64,000 nucleotides of DNA from an uncultured Magnetococcales bacterium (GCA_964344355.1 CAYFNE010000016.1:4344-68343), one strand, 5' to 3'. Shown: positions 27,801-37,269, counted from the stretch's first letter. Made by a program: numbers and translations. Notes: a model not told the origin generated them from the sequence alone.

Positions 27801-29132
27801 CTGCCCGGCCTGTTGCGGTCGATGATGCCGCTCTATCAAAAACTGGCGCAGAAAAAAAATATCTTCTGCCATCTCGACATGGCCCCCGACCTGCCCCGTT
27901 TCGTCCGCGGGGATCCAACGCGGCTGCAACAGATTCTGGTCAATCTGATCACCAATGGCATCAAGTTCACCAGCGATGGCGGTGTCACCCTGATCGTTAC
28001 CGGCGGTCCCCCGGAAACCGGTCGTGCCGGCCTCATCTTTCAGGTGCGGGACACCGGCATCGGTATTTTTCCGGGCAAACTGTCCAAACTGTTCAACGCC
28101 TTTTCCCAGGCGGACAGCTCCACCACCCGCAAATATGGCGGTACCGGTCTCGGGTTGGCCATTTCAAAACGGTTGGCCCGGTTGATGGGCGGGGATGTGA
28201 CCGTCAAAAGCACCCCGGGAAAGGGCAGTGCCTTCACCCTGCGGGTCACCCTGCCTTTGGCCGGTCGGGCGGAGACCGAAGTGATCCTCCGGGAAAACCG
28301 GGCGTTGTCGCGGGACCTCCCGAAAGCGGTACGGGTCCTGGTGGTGGAGGATGAATCGATCAACCGTTCGGTCATTCAGGCCATGTTGGTCAGCCTCGGT
28401 TTTTCGGCCGATATCGCCGTCAACGGCAGGGAGGCCCTGGAGCGGTTGCATCGGAACCGTTACGACCTGGTGCTGATGGATTGTCAGATGCCGGAGATGG
28501 ACGGATTCGATACCACCCGGAATCTTCGCGCCCGGGAACAGGGATTGGACGGCCACCGTCACACCCCGGTGGTGGCCCTGACCGCTTATGCCATGAAGGG
28601 AGACCGGGAAAAATGTCTGGCCGCCGGGATGGATGATTATCTGGCCAAACCGGTGCGCAAGCGGGCATTGCGGGCGCTGCTCTCCCGTTGGCTCGGTGAA
28701 ACGGGCAATGGAAAGGGTGGGCCGGGCTCCGGTTCGTCTCCCCCGGAACCGCAGCAACCCCGGGGGCCGGCCCCACCACCCGAGGAAGAGATCCTGGACA
28801 AACGGGTATTGGCCGATCTGCAGGAGGAGATGGGGGATGCCTTCGTGTTGATCGTGGAAAAATTTCTTGAAAGCCTGCCGCACCATTTGGCCCGCATCGA
28901 GGAGTCCCTGGCCCGGGAAAGCCCCGTGAGTGTGGCCGAGACCTGCCACAAGCTGAAAGGCACCTCCAGTCAACTCGGCGCCAAACGGCTCGCCGACCGG
29001 ACCAAGGCGTTGGAGCAAATGGGACGTGCCGCGAACATGACCGGGGCCGTGAGCGAATTTTCCGGGTTGCGGCAAGAGGTGCAACGGACGGAACAGGCCT
29101 TTCGGCGGCTGCTCTCTTCCACGGATCCGTAA
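24873..29132 (+). CDS. Large hybrid sensor histidine kinase (GAF, multiple PAS, GAF, PAS, HisKA, HATPase_c, REC, HPt)
   Basis: It has the H-box [21 protein letters not shown] boxes ([24 protein letters not shown]), REC ([27 protein letters not shown]) and HPt ([16 protein letters not shown]). ATG 24873 with a GGGAGGGA RBS was chosen over the track start at 24690. Confidence 0.9.
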   Translation: MSEALFDPRHDPAFAAMSLEIVQELLHRSGDLERTVACLLHKVREISGADLVVISRALPAGQTGAGNHELLGVLPPTEKKIFTADRWQSLSTAAAALAGPILVRSGSEPGALGNTLRELNVGSGSVMPLTVGQLRVGTLFALGLNEDRYTPAIHGTLAALAGIVSNNLHNALLWEERRRAERVLRESEEKYRTLVENLNVGVFRHTVAGNGRFLQANEAIAHMFGHADVSAFMTVPMSALHSHSEAYEDFLHFLIGEGECRNHELQLQKKDGTPIWTSLNIKVRYDDTGQVQWLDGTIVDITARKAAREKLRISEERFRGTFENAAHGMALISPQGRFLKINRAFCEIVGYTNDELLAIDFQTITHADDLEIDLAYVRQMLAGVIPTYQMEKRHIHKDGHIIWVLLSVSLVWDANGKPLHFVSQVQDITARKIAEEQLVKAKDDLELQVHCVNRLQSRFIEETDPEELFDALLLDVLKLTGSDYGFIHGVRLDESGVPVLQSLAIANLSRDRETRAFFQANAWSGIRFTRMHGLHTAPFTTGVPVIANDPPNDPRRCGPPEGHPVLKTFLGLPLKRGEEVVGVIGLANRAGGYDRAIIDFLKPVLLAAAQVIESHRNQREKRQVEEALSTSERRNRMIVQAARVAVWDWDLVTDVTIWNQGLTDLFGHPAGAVENSRRWWLDHIHTDDCSRAGESLSAHLRTRHDTWRQEYRFRRADGRWAAVIDWGQAIADESGRSIRMIGAIMDITDRQRREETILRLSRQNELILNAAGEGIYGLDDKGVTTFVNPAAARMVGWKQQELIGRVQHDVFHHSAADGTPQKREHCLIYAALRDGRTHHVTDEVFWRRDGTRFPVEYVSTPIIENGRIAGAVVIFRDVTERKRMETALREAKEQAERANEAKSEFLANMSHEIRTPLNGIIGMAELLLESGRSESERRYAETILRSGDNLQVIIDDILDFSKVEAGRLELEETCFDLPGLLRSMMPLYQKLAQKKNIFCHLDMAPDLPRFVRGDPTRLQQILVNLITNGIKFTSDGGVTLIVTGGPPETGRAGLIFQVRDTGIGIFPGKLSKLFNAFSQADSSTTRKYGGTGLGLAISKRLARLMGGDVTVKSTPGKGSAFTLRVTLPLAGRAETEVILRENRALSRDLPKAVRVLVVEDESINRSVIQAMLVSLGFSADIAVNGREALERLHRNRYDLVLMDCQMPEMDGFDTTRNLRAREQGLDGHRHTPVVALTAYAMKGDREKCLAAGMDDYLAKPVRKRALRALLSRWLGETGNGKGGPGSGSSPPEPQQPRGPAPPPEEEILDKRVLADLQEEMGDAFVLIVEKFLESLPHHLARIEESLARESPVSVAETCHKLKGTSSQLGAKRLADRTKALEQMGRAANMTGAVSEFSGLRQEVQRTEQAFRRLLSSTDP

Positions 29133-29185
29133 CCACCGCCCGTTCCGTCTGACCGTTTTTTTCAACAGGGTCATCCTGTTTGGGC

Positions 29186-29213
29186 TTTGACATTAGAAAA
29201 ATACATATTATAA
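29186..29213 (+). promoter_or_regulatory. Near-consensus sigma-70 promoter (TTGACA-16 nt-TATAAT)
   Basis: TTGACA at 29186-29191, a 16-nt spacer and TATAAT at 29208-29213, about 150 nt upstream of ATG 29363. Such matches arise more easily by chance in AT-rich DNA. Confidence 0.4.
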
Positions 29214-29362
29214 TTTCTGTTCATTTTAGTTTATTTTCACAAAAGTGATTGTCAGGATTTTCCTTTAACATCAAAGATTCAAGTATCGACAACACATGAA
29301 ATTCAATGTGATCGTGTCAACAAAAATGTCAATCAAAAGGGATCATTTTTGGGGCGAAAATC

Positions 29363-31243
29363 ATGACAAGCATATTCAATGCGGAACTTCCAGATTACGA
29401 GAAAGTGAAAGAGATCGTCAACAAAAAGAATTTTGAAAGAAAAGTGGTGGAGGCTCTTGAGAGTATAGAAAATGATATTATCGTCGCCCGAGACAAAGGC
29501 GTCGACAGAAAGGGGCAGGATCCATATTTTCCGCCTGTCTATCTCACTAAAAGGCGGGTCAAATCCCAGTACAGCGCCTTTCTGAAAACCAAAAGAAAAA
29601 TGCGTAAAGATCTGAATTTTATCAGAGATTATGCAGGCATCCGAATTCTTGTATTGTTTGATGACGATCTGATCGAGATCTTTAGATTCATGCTTACCGA
29701 TGTCATCGATCCCGGTTTGCTGGAAGAGGTTACTCTTTTCAATCTGCCAGAGCATCTTGTTAAAAACATAAAATCCGACTCTTCGCTCAAAAAACACTTG
29801 GAAAAGGGTTTTAAGTTGGAGGAAAAACATGATCATTTTAGAGTTATCGATCGACAGTCTGGCTACCAATCAATTCATTTCGTGTTCCGACAGACCATAA
29901 AACAAACAAATAACTTCTACGAAGGTGAAAAGTCAATTTATGGGACGGTCTCCAGCGATGATTTCTTCATAGAAGCACAGGTTCGCACGCTGTTACAAGA
30001 CGTTTGGTCAGAAATGGAGCATAAACTGGCCTATAAACAGGGCAAGGCAAATCCTCATATTTCTACGAGCTTCAAGTTATTGCAAGAGGATATCTCTACC
30101 ATGGGGCGGAGACTCACCAATATCCAATCCATGAGAAACAGCCATTTGTCACTGGATCATCTGGCCATTCGCGAATCTCGTCCGTACTCATATTTTCAAT
30201 ATGAAAAAGACTGGGAGCCAATGGTTTTTTTGCGGGAAAAGCTTGACGATGATTGCATAAATGAGGCAAAAAGATATGAAGATCTTACAAAAAAATATCA
30301 GGATGGAGAAATCAATCCTGGTTATTTTTGCGAAAAGGCAATGGACTCCGTAGACAAGCTCTTTAAATGTTTCAAGAAGTATATTGAAAATGCCGATCAG
30401 GACAGTGATGATAAAGTTCGTTATTGGTATTTGATGGAAAAAGGTTTCATTGAGTTTCTTGCCAAAAACTACGGAAAAGCGCGCGAATCGTACGAAAAAA
30501 TTTTGAATGATAAAACGTTTGATGGACAGCCTGTGCCGCTCTTTCGGCGAACAGAACTGAATTTCGTTGCGGAAGAAGGTTTGGATGAAAAAGATCTCAT
30601 TCCCTGTCTGGAAGGGTTCGATAAGGTAATTGAACGCATCAAAATCTTGCATGACTCCGGGGGCATGTCCGATGTTGCCAGGGAAAATGGTGCTGCCATA
30701 CTGACCAAAATTGCCGCCATCTACGAGTTGATGGGAGCGGAGGAATATCTGGATTTTTGCATCAGTCTACTGGAGGAGGCGGTTGAACTCCTCTCTGGGA
30801 GAAAAGGGAAAAAGGGTCGAAAAAACAAACTGCTATTTGCCAGAAACAATTTGGGGTGGGTGTATCTCGAAAAGTTCAGGACTTGTAAGAAAAACGAGAA
30901 GCGAGGATGGCACGAAAAATGCGTCAATGAAGTGAGGCCGCTTTATAAAGAGGTCAAGAAGGCCTTTCAGGAGGATCCGGAGCAGTTTACAAGCAATGTG
31001 TACGATACTTTGTCCTGGTTTTTTTACCAGTCGCATGTCTTCCTGAATGATCCGGCATACGGAAAGACCGTCATTTCCTCGCCGATGCTCCGGCCACCCG
31101 GCAAAAAGGACCTGTTGACCACGGCCCAACTTTTTTGCGGCTTGGTCTGGCGGGTGAAAAACAGAAGCTCCTTCCTGGTCAGCAGCGTCAGCCGCCAGAG
31201 GAGTCGAGCTGAACTCATCATGAATCCGAATGTCAAAAGGTGA
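29363..31243 (+). CDS. RelA/SpoT-family (small alarmone synthetase-like) nucleotide pyrophosphokinase domain fused to a ~400-aa helical/TPR-like C-terminal region
   Basis: 626-aa ORF. All synthetase-fold motifs are present in order: R65-V-K..S71...K75, D89xxG92xR94 (IRDYAGIRILV), G167-YQSIH172, and E204-AQVRTLLQDVWSEMEHKLAYK225. There is no HD hydrolase domain. The C-terminal two-thirds is helical-repeat-like (e.g. YWYLMEKGFIEFLAKNYGKARESYEKIL). Confidence 0.8.
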   Translation: MTSIFNAELPDYEKVKEIVNKKNFERKVVEALESIENDIIVARDKGVDRKGQDPYFPPVYLTKRRVKSQYSAFLKTKRKMRKDLNFIRDYAGIRILVLFDDDLIEIFRFMLTDVIDPGLLEEVTLFNLPEHLVKNIKSDSSLKKHLEKGFKLEEKHDHFRVIDRQSGYQSIHFVFRQTIKQTNNFYEGEKSIYGTVSSDDFFIEAQVRTLLQDVWSEMEHKLAYKQGKANPHISTSFKLLQEDISTMGRRLTNIQSMRNSHLSLDHLAIRESRPYSYFQYEKDWEPMVFLREKLDDDCINEAKRYEDLTKKYQDGEINPGYFCEKAMDSVDKLFKCFKKYIENADQDSDDKVRYWYLMEKGFIEFLAKNYGKARESYEKILNDKTFDGQPVPLFRRTELNFVAEEGLDEKDLIPCLEGFDKVIERIKILHDSGGMSDVARENGAAILTKIAAIYELMGAEEYLDFCISLLEEAVELLSGRKGKKGRKNKLLFARNNLGWVYLEKFRTCKKNEKRGWHEKCVNEVRPLYKEVKKAFQEDPEQFTSNVYDTLSWFFYQSHVFLNDPAYGKTVISSPMLRPPGKKDLLTTAQLFCGLVWRVKNRSSFLVSSVSRQRSRAELIMNPNVKR

Positions 31244-31929
31244 AGGAGGTTACGTTATTTTTTTACCGGTTTTCAAGAAGGTTTTCTGTTGACACTCTAC
31301 CACCGTTCGTTCAGCATTCGAGATCCGTCCCTGTAGGGATAAGTGGTTCAAGCCATGCACGGGGCGGTATCCGGAGAGAGTTGAGAAAAGGAGGGTTTCA
31401 TGCGTGATATTATGGGTTTGTGAATTATCGCTCTGTCGTGTGGAAGCATCTGCCTTGAATATGGAACGGTGCCGGGAAAGGAACGGAGTCACTACCGACA
31501 GAGCGGAACGGTCCTTTCCCGGGCAAGGCCTCTCTCCTGACCATGCAGCGGATGCTGTTCAGGGCGTTCTCAGGTGAGCGGGGGGTTCCGGCACCGTTCG
31601 GGCGTCCTGCCGGAACGAACGGTCGGAACAACCGATCATCTTCCGGTTCGGTCGCCCGTGTGCTGATATCAATTCAGGGCGAAACTGTCCCCAGACTGCC
31701 CCCGCGCCGCTGTTTTTCCAGATACCATCTGACCTTTTTCCAATGAATCATGAATCGGTTCCAAAGTTTTCGCACTGTCAGCATTTTTGACAGGTGGCGG
31801 TTTTTTTGGCACCGGAAACCGTGCTGACTCGCTTTCCAATGACGTGAGCATGTGGGCGAGGAAATTCCGGAGGGATCTGTAAGGTCCCGGCTTTGATCGC
31901 GAAGTATGACGATCCATAATAGTGCGGCG

Positions 31930-32547
31930 TCACTTCTGCAAATGTTCAGCCATTTCCCCAAACCTCACTCCCGCATACCCCCCCGCCCCCAGGCGGGCCA
32001 ACGGGTCCAGGCCGCCGGCGTCGACGGTCAAACGGTTGCCGCCGTCCAGGGTGGCGATGGCATCGTCCAGATATACCCGTTTCACCTCGCCCAGGATCAG
32101 GGTTTGGGGCCGGTTGCCCACCTCCAAAATCCGGTGTCGCACACAGGCCATCGCCGCCCGGCAGGCACTCAGGCGCGGCAGGGGGAAATCGTCGAAGGGG
32201 ACCGTCTCCAGACCGAGTTTTTCCACCTCCGATACCTCTGCGGGCAGGGATTCGGCGCTGGCCTCCACCGGCTGCCGTTGTTGTACATGGGGAATGTGGA
32301 CGACGAAATGGTCCCGGGCGGCGATGTTGGCACGGGTGTCCTTGGGGGAGCCGTCGGCCTTGTCACCGATTGAAAGCATGATGATCGGCGGATCGCTGCA
32401 GACCCCGGTGAAAAAGGAGAACGGCGCCAGGTTCAAACCGCCATCGCCGTTTTCGCTCAATACCCAGGCGATGGGCCGGGGGATCAATACCTGGGTCAGG
32501 GTGTGGTAAACCCGCTTCGGACTCAGGGTGGTCAGATCGATTTCCAT
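31930..32547 (-). CDS. Flavin reductase-like (FMN-binding split-barrel) protein
   Basis: 205-aa ORF. YHTLTQVLIPRPIAWVLSENGDGGLNLAPFSFFTGVCSDPPIIMLSI is typical of the flavin reductase domain family. Confidence 0.8.
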   Translation of the reverse strand: MEIDLTTLSPKRVYHTLTQVLIPRPIAWVLSENGDGGLNLAPFSFFTGVCSDPPIIMLSIGDKADGSPKDTRANIAARDHFVVHIPHVQQRQPVEASAESLPAEVSEVEKLGLETVPFDDFPLPRLSACRAAMACVRHRILEVGNRPQTLILGEVKRVYLDDAIATLDGGNRLTVDAGGLDPLARLGAGGYAGVRFGEMAEHLQK

Positions 32548-32577
32548 GAATATCTCTCCTCTTCCAGTCCTTCCCGC

Positions 32578-35500
32578 TCATGCGTCGAACAGGGTCACCC
32601 GCTCCACCACCAGGCTGCCCTGTTTCACCACCCCTTCGACGTGCCAGGGTCCCCGATGTTTCAATCCCGGTCCCAGGTGCCGGATCACGGCGGGGAACAA
32701 AATGGTCTCGATGAGACCGGTACGGTCGGAAAGGGTCAGAAAGGCCATCGGTTCGCCCTTTTTCGTCAACATCGATTTGCGCGCCACCGGCAGGCCGACG
32801 CCGCCACCGCGTTGCCCTTCTCGCAGCCGCGCCAGACGGCGCGCCGGCAGCACCCGGTTTTGCAATGGCAGCAGGGTGTGCCGGTAGAGCCGCAACGGAT
32901 GATCGGCGAGCGCCAATCCCAGGGCGGTCATCTCGCGCCGGATCCGGGCCTCCACACTTTCCGGGGGCGGCGCCACAGGTTCTTCCCGTTCCGCATCCGC
33001 ATCATCGAACAGCGCCAACTCCGGTTGCCGATTGTGCCCGTTATGATGAAAATTTTCCACCGTCCACAGCCGTTGCCGCCGTTCGGCGGCGTTGACCGGT
33101 CCGCACAGTTCGTCCGTGGCCCCCGACAGCACCAACATCGCCGCCACCTCCCGATCCGGGACCAGACGCCGCAATAGATCCGGCCAATCGGCGAACGGGC
33201 GGCGGTCGATCAACGTCGCCACCGTTTTTTCGTTCAGGTTGGCCACCCACTGCAAACCCATGCGGATGGTGCGGTCGTCCAAGGCTTCGGTGTGCCAGCT
33301 CCCGGCCACCACGCAGGGGGGGACGAGGCGGATACCGAGCCAGCGGGCGGCGTCCACATAGACCTGCGGATGATAATAGCCCCCCTGGTTGCTCAATACC
33401 GCCGCGAAAAAGATCGCCGGATGGTGGCTGCGCAACCAGGCCATCTGATAGCTGAGACGGGCGAAACTGGCCGAGTGTGCCTTGCAAAAGGCATAACCGG
33501 CGAAGGAGACGATCTGTTTCCACAACGCCTCGGCCCGTTGTTCCGCCATGCCACCGGCCAGGGCGCCGTCGAAAAAACGGTCCCGATAGAGGTTGAGATC
33601 CTCGTGGTGGCGTTTTTTGCCCATGGCGCGGCGCAACAAATCGGCCTCGCCGAGGCTCATGCCGGCGACCGTCGCCACGGTCTGGATGACCTGCTCCTGA
33701 TAGACCAGAATGCCATGGGTCTCTTCGAGAAATGGCCGCAGGCGGGGATCGGGATAGTGGGCGGGCTCCTCACCGCGGTGACGGCGGATGAAGGCATCCA
33801 TGAGTCCGCCCTGATTGACGCCGGGCCGGATGATCGAGCTGGCGGCGACCAGGGTTTCATAATCCCGGCAGGCCAACCGTTTGAGCACGCCGCGCATGGA
33901 GGGGGATTCGATGTAGAAGCAACCCAGGGTCTCCCCCCGGGCGATCAATGCGTTGGTGGCGGCGTCGGCCATGGCCGCTTCCGGGCACAGCCCGCCTTCT
34001 GGATCGGTTTCGTCCCGCCGGTTCAGCACCGTCAGGGCGTCGGCCAGGGCGCCCATGGAACGGTTGCCGAGGAGGTCGATCTTGATCAATCCCAGGTCTT
34101 CCGCCGGTCCCATGGAACCGTCGGTGGCCGGCCAGTCCGACGGCGATGGCACCACCGGCATCACATCGCGCACCGGCACCCCGGCGACGGCGATGCCACA
34201 GGGGTGGATGCCGAAATGGCGTGGCAGACCGGCCAGTTGTCGGGCCACCGGCCACATGCCGCGCCAGGGCGGTTGGTCCAGGGGGATGCCACGATAGACC
34301 GGATGGTTCGAGACCAGGGCCTCCTCCAGATGGCGCAGGGAGCCCCAGGGCAGTTTTTTGGCGAATGAATCGATGGTTGCCGGCGGTATGCCGAGGGCAT
34401 GGCCGATCTCCCGGAACAGTCCCCGGGTCTTGAAGGTTTGAAAGGCGCCGACCAGGGCGACGTTTTCGGCGCCGAACCGTTCCAGGATGAAACGCAACAT
34501 CTCCTCGCGCCGATCCCAGGGCAGATCGAGATCGATATCCGGTGGATCGAGCCGTTCCGGATTGAGAAACCGTTCAAAAAACAGATTGTGCCGCACCGGA
34601 TCGACATGGGTGATGCCCAGGGCGTAGGCGACGGTGGAGTTGGCCGCCGAACCGCGCCCCAACACCGGCATGCCGCGCCGCACCGCTTCACGGACGATTT
34701 CGTCGACCACCAGGAAATAACCGGCGTAACCCATGCGGTTGATGACCGCCAACTCCCGCTGGCAGCGCCGCAGGGCCTCCATGGGGATGGCCGGATGATA
34801 ACGGCGCGCCAATCCGGCCATGGTGCGGTCGGTGAGCAGGGTTTCCGGCGGATCGGCGCCGGGAAACGGTGGAAACAGCGGCCGGCCCAGGGTCGGGGTG
34901 AAATCGCACCGTTCGGCGATGCGCCGGCCGTTGGCCAGCGCTCCCGGCAGATGCCGGAAACGATCGGCCAGGGTGGTATCCGCCAGGATGGCGCCGGCCG
35001 CGGCGCCGTCATCGTCGGTCAAACGGTGTACCGTCGTTGCCCGGGCCAACGCCCGCAACACCCGGTGGGCGGTCAAGCCGGCGCTGGAAACCGCCACCGC
35101 GTCGGTGGCGGCCAGCAACGGCACCCGGTGTTGACGGGCCATCTCCAACAGCAGATCGTTGTTTTTGCGCAAAAGGGGGGAGCTGTCCGGCAGCCGTGGC
35201 CGGATGCGCGCATGGAGCCGTTGTTCGCCGCGGCGCCAGGCGGGTATCTGCAACGTCCTGGCCAACCACAAGGCCGAGCCCGGCAGGGCCATCAACGATT
35301 CCGCCGCCGCGGTCACCGCCCGCCAACCGGCCTGCCGGTCCCCCCGCCGCCAGTCGGAGACCGCCCGGCAGAGCGCCGGCCAGCCATGGCCGTCGGCCAC
35401 CAACAGCACCAGCCCGGGATCCCGCTCCCCCAGGGTGAGGGTGACGCCGACGATGGGGTGAATCCCGGCGCCGGCGGCCGCCTGCACGAAGGGGACGATG

Positions 35501-35631
35501 CCGGCCAGGGTTTCGCGGTCGGTCAGGGCCAGGGCCGGCAATCGTTGTTCGCGGGCGGCCTCCACCCACCGTTCGGGCGTATCGACCCCCTCCAACAGGG
35601 AAAAGGCGCTGCGCACCGACAGGGGAATCAT
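32578..35631 (-). CDS. dnaE2: Error-prone DNA polymerase III alpha-like subunit DnaE2 (ImuC)
   Basis: 1017-aa ORF with an N-terminal PHP domain (SAFSLLEGV..), a Pol IIIalpha core and a C-terminal OB region. Its start overlaps the imuB stop by 4 nt. Confidence 0.9.
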   Translation of the reverse strand: MIPLSVRSAFSLLEGVDTPERWVEAAREQRLPALALTDRETLAGIVPFVQAAAGAGIHPIVGVTLTLGERDPGLVLLVADGHGWPALCRAVSDWRRGDRQAGWRAVTAAAESLMALPGSALWLARTLQIPAWRRGEQRLHARIRPRLPDSSPLLRKNNDLLLEMARQHRVPLLAATDAVAVSSAGLTAHRVLRALARATTVHRLTDDDGAAAGAILADTTLADRFRHLPGALANGRRIAERCDFTPTLGRPLFPPFPGADPPETLLTDRTMAGLARRYHPAIPMEALRRCQRELAVINRMGYAGYFLVVDEIVREAVRRGMPVLGRGSAANSTVAYALGITHVDPVRHNLFFERFLNPERLDPPDIDLDLPWDRREEMLRFILERFGAENVALVGAFQTFKTRGLFREIGHALGIPPATIDSFAKKLPWGSLRHLEEALVSNHPVYRGIPLDQPPWRGMWPVARQLAGLPRHFGIHPCGIAVAGVPVRDVMPVVPSPSDWPATDGSMGPAEDLGLIKIDLLGNRSMGALADALTVLNRRDETDPEGGLCPEAAMADAATNALIARGETLGCFYIESPSMRGVLKRLACRDYETLVAASSIIRPGVNQGGLMDAFIRRHRGEEPAHYPDPRLRPFLEETHGILVYQEQVIQTVATVAGMSLGEADLLRRAMGKKRHHEDLNLYRDRFFDGALAGGMAEQRAEALWKQIVSFAGYAFCKAHSASFARLSYQMAWLRSHHPAIFFAAVLSNQGGYYHPQVYVDAARWLGIRLVPPCVVAGSWHTEALDDRTIRMGLQWVANLNEKTVATLIDRRPFADWPDLLRRLVPDREVAAMLVLSGATDELCGPVNAAERRQRLWTVENFHHNGHNRQPELALFDDADAEREEPVAPPPESVEARIRREMTALGLALADHPLRLYRHTLLPLQNRVLPARRLARLREGQRGGGVGLPVARKSMLTKKGEPMAFLTLSDRTGLIETILFPAVIRHLGPGLKHRGPWHVEGVVKQGSLVVERVTLFDA

Positions 35632-36779
35632 GGCGGAGGACCGATGCGGACCGCCTCGGCGCCGAAACGGCCGCGGATGGCATCCAGGGTTTCATCCAGT
35701 CCCCGGCGCAACAGGGGGGAGGACCGTTCCAACGGTGCGAACAGGTTTTCATCGCGATAACGGCGGGTTTCGGTCACGGTCAGGGTGAGGCGCCGGATCA
35801 ACACCCGCCGGCTGCGCAATCGGTGCAATCCGTCCCAGACCGATGCCAGCAGGCCCATGGTGCGGTCTTCCGGTGGATCCAGAATGATTTTTCGGCGGTG
35901 GCGGGGTCCATCCCACTCTTCCAGTTCCAACGTGACGACGGCGATGAACACCCGCTCCCGTCGTGCCGCCAGTCCCAGATGATTGCAGGCCTCGACCAGC
36001 AGGGCACGCAACGGGGGATCCTTTTGACGGTGGATGCCGGGGTGAAGGGTGATGGTGGTCGGTTCGGCCACGGTCGCCGTCGGTTGGATCGGCGTCGTAT
36101 CGTGGCCCAGTCCCCAGGCCCGCCACAGGCGCGCCCGTTTACCGAAGGCGCGTACCAGACGTTCCTCCGGACAGCGCACCAGATGACCGACCGAGGTCAA
36201 ACCCAGACGGTGCAACCGTTTGGCCAGGGCCGTCCCCACCCCCGGCAACACCGTCACCGGCAACGGCGCCAAAAACCGTTGCTCCTGGCCGGGAAAAATA
36301 CGCAACAGACGCATGTGCGCCCGTCGGGCGGCGGTCTCCGCCATGCGCGCCATGGCCGGATTGCCGCCGATACCGCTCAGGGGGGTCACTTTCAAATCAT
36401 TTTCCAGGTCCCGCAACACCCGGTCCCAGGTGACGGTCTCCGCCGCCCGATGGACGCCCCGGGTGCCGGACAGTTCCACCAACCACTGTCCGGCGTCTCT
36501 CTCCGCCACCAGGGGCGTGGCATCCAACAACCGTTCGGCGACCACCCGGCGGATGCGCGCCTCCCATTCGGGCCGTCGCGGCCGGATGATCAGGGCCGGA
36601 TGCAACCGGTCCACCGCCAACCCCGGATGCGCCCCCAATCGCCTGGCGGCCCGGTTCAGATCGACCACCCGCCCCTGCTGAACCACCACCAACGGCGCTT
36701 CATCGGCCACGGCCCCGGCCCGCCGCACCGCCGCCAACGGCAAATGCGGCAACCGCAACGCCGCCACCGTCCGGTTCAT
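35628..36779 (-). CDS. imuB: ImuB, Y-family-polymerase-like mutagenesis protein
   Basis: The protein from MNRTVAALRLPHLPLAAVRR.. has a typical ImuB N-terminus and Y-family fold without clear catalytic acidic residues. Start chosen at ATG 36779; the track start at 36917 adds an implausible hydrophobic extension. Confidence 0.8.
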   Translation of the reverse strand: MNRTVAALRLPHLPLAAVRRAGAVADEAPLVVVQQGRVVDLNRAARRLGAHPGLAVDRLHPALIIRPRRPEWEARIRRVVAERLLDATPLVAERDAGQWLVELSGTRGVHRAAETVTWDRVLRDLENDLKVTPLSGIGGNPAMARMAETAARRAHMRLLRIFPGQEQRFLAPLPVTVLPGVGTALAKRLHRLGLTSVGHLVRCPEERLVRAFGKRARLWRAWGLGHDTTPIQPTATVAEPTTITLHPGIHRQKDPPLRALLVEACNHLGLAARRERVFIAVVTLELEEWDGPRHRRKIILDPPEDRTMGLLASVWDGLHRLRSRRVLIRRLTLTVTETRRYRDENLFAPLERSSPLLRRGLDETLDAIRGRFGAEAVRIGPPP

Positions 36780-36876
36780 GACCAGCCTCGGCGGCCAATG
36801 GCGGACGATGGTTGAAAAAACGGCTCCGGATGGATCGGTTCGGATGATGGGGATGACACGGTCGTTCTCTCCATGG

Positions 36877-36906
36877 TGTTCATTATCAAAAAGAACAAAA
36901 TAGAAC
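36877..36906. promoter_or_regulatory. Candidate SOS/LexA-type operator upstream of imuB
   Basis: TGTTCATTATCAAAAAGAACA is a TGTTC-N11-GAACA dyad. It overlaps the direct repeat AGAACAAAAT/AGAACAAGAA (GAAC-N6-GAAC). This resembles known GAAC/GTTC-type LexA boxes but does not match them exactly. Confidence 0.25.
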
Positions 36907-37269
36907 AAGAAAGTCAATGGCCAATTGGGGATTGATCAACCATTCCGGCGGGGACCCAACCCCGCTCTAACATAGGCATTTGTTTTTTTGGATAAAACTG
37001 GAAACTCCGGACCCTCCCTGCTGTGGTTCATGGTTTCATCCGGCCATCAGGATCATTTTTCACCAAAACAAATGGTCAAGATGGATGATCGGCCCCCGAC
37101 GGCGACCAACGACCAAACTTGGGAACATGCCCCGTTTACGGGTTGGAATTCCCAACGATCTGCATGTATGATGTCCCGCGGTGGGCAGGGGACCATTTTC
37201 CCGTCATAATCCGCCCACGCGGCAATCTATCCGACACAGACAGCGTTGCATCGAGCGAGGAGGACGGGC

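Larger units (their letters stand above)
29160..31450. other. AT-rich islet (probable horizontally acquired insertion) carrying one gene
   Basis: Hand GC counts of sampled 60-nt lines give 33-43% inside and about 63% in the flanking kinase gene. The switch is abrupt, directly after the stop at 29132. No integrase, transposase, tRNA or obvious flanking direct repeat was found. Confidence 0.6.

Noticed and set aside
29083-29160. Possible terminator after the hybrid kinase (GACGGAAC...GTTCCGTC, then T7)
   Set aside because: The complementary arms are about 40 nt apart. The T-run falls inside an alternative small hairpin loop (TGACC..GGTCA) rather than after a stem. This is not convincing as an intrinsic terminator.
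29296-29436. 46-aa ORF (MKFNVIVSTKMSIKRDHFWGENHDK...) overlapping the start of the RSH gene, considered as a possible antitoxin
   Set aside because: It lies out of frame and overlaps the RSH coding start. It has no RBS, and in AT-rich sequence short ORFs arise by chance. I cannot support it without conservation data.
29333-29869. 178-aa minus-strand ORF inside the islet
   Set aside because: It is antisense to the RelA/SpoT synthetase domain, which has a complete ordered motif set. Its translation is Phe/Ile/Lys-rich AT-bias noise.
31330-31352. GTGGTTCAAGCC, a T-loop-like string considered as a tRNA fragment or att site
   Set aside because: No complementary T-stem, acceptor stem or anticodon arm could be drawn around it.
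36780-36917. N-terminal extension of imuB in the track ORF (MTFLFYFVLFDNEHHGEND...)
   Set aside because: The ImuB-like sequence begins at MNRTVAALRLP (ATG 36779). The extension covers the AT-rich promoter/candidate operator region and looks non-protein-like.
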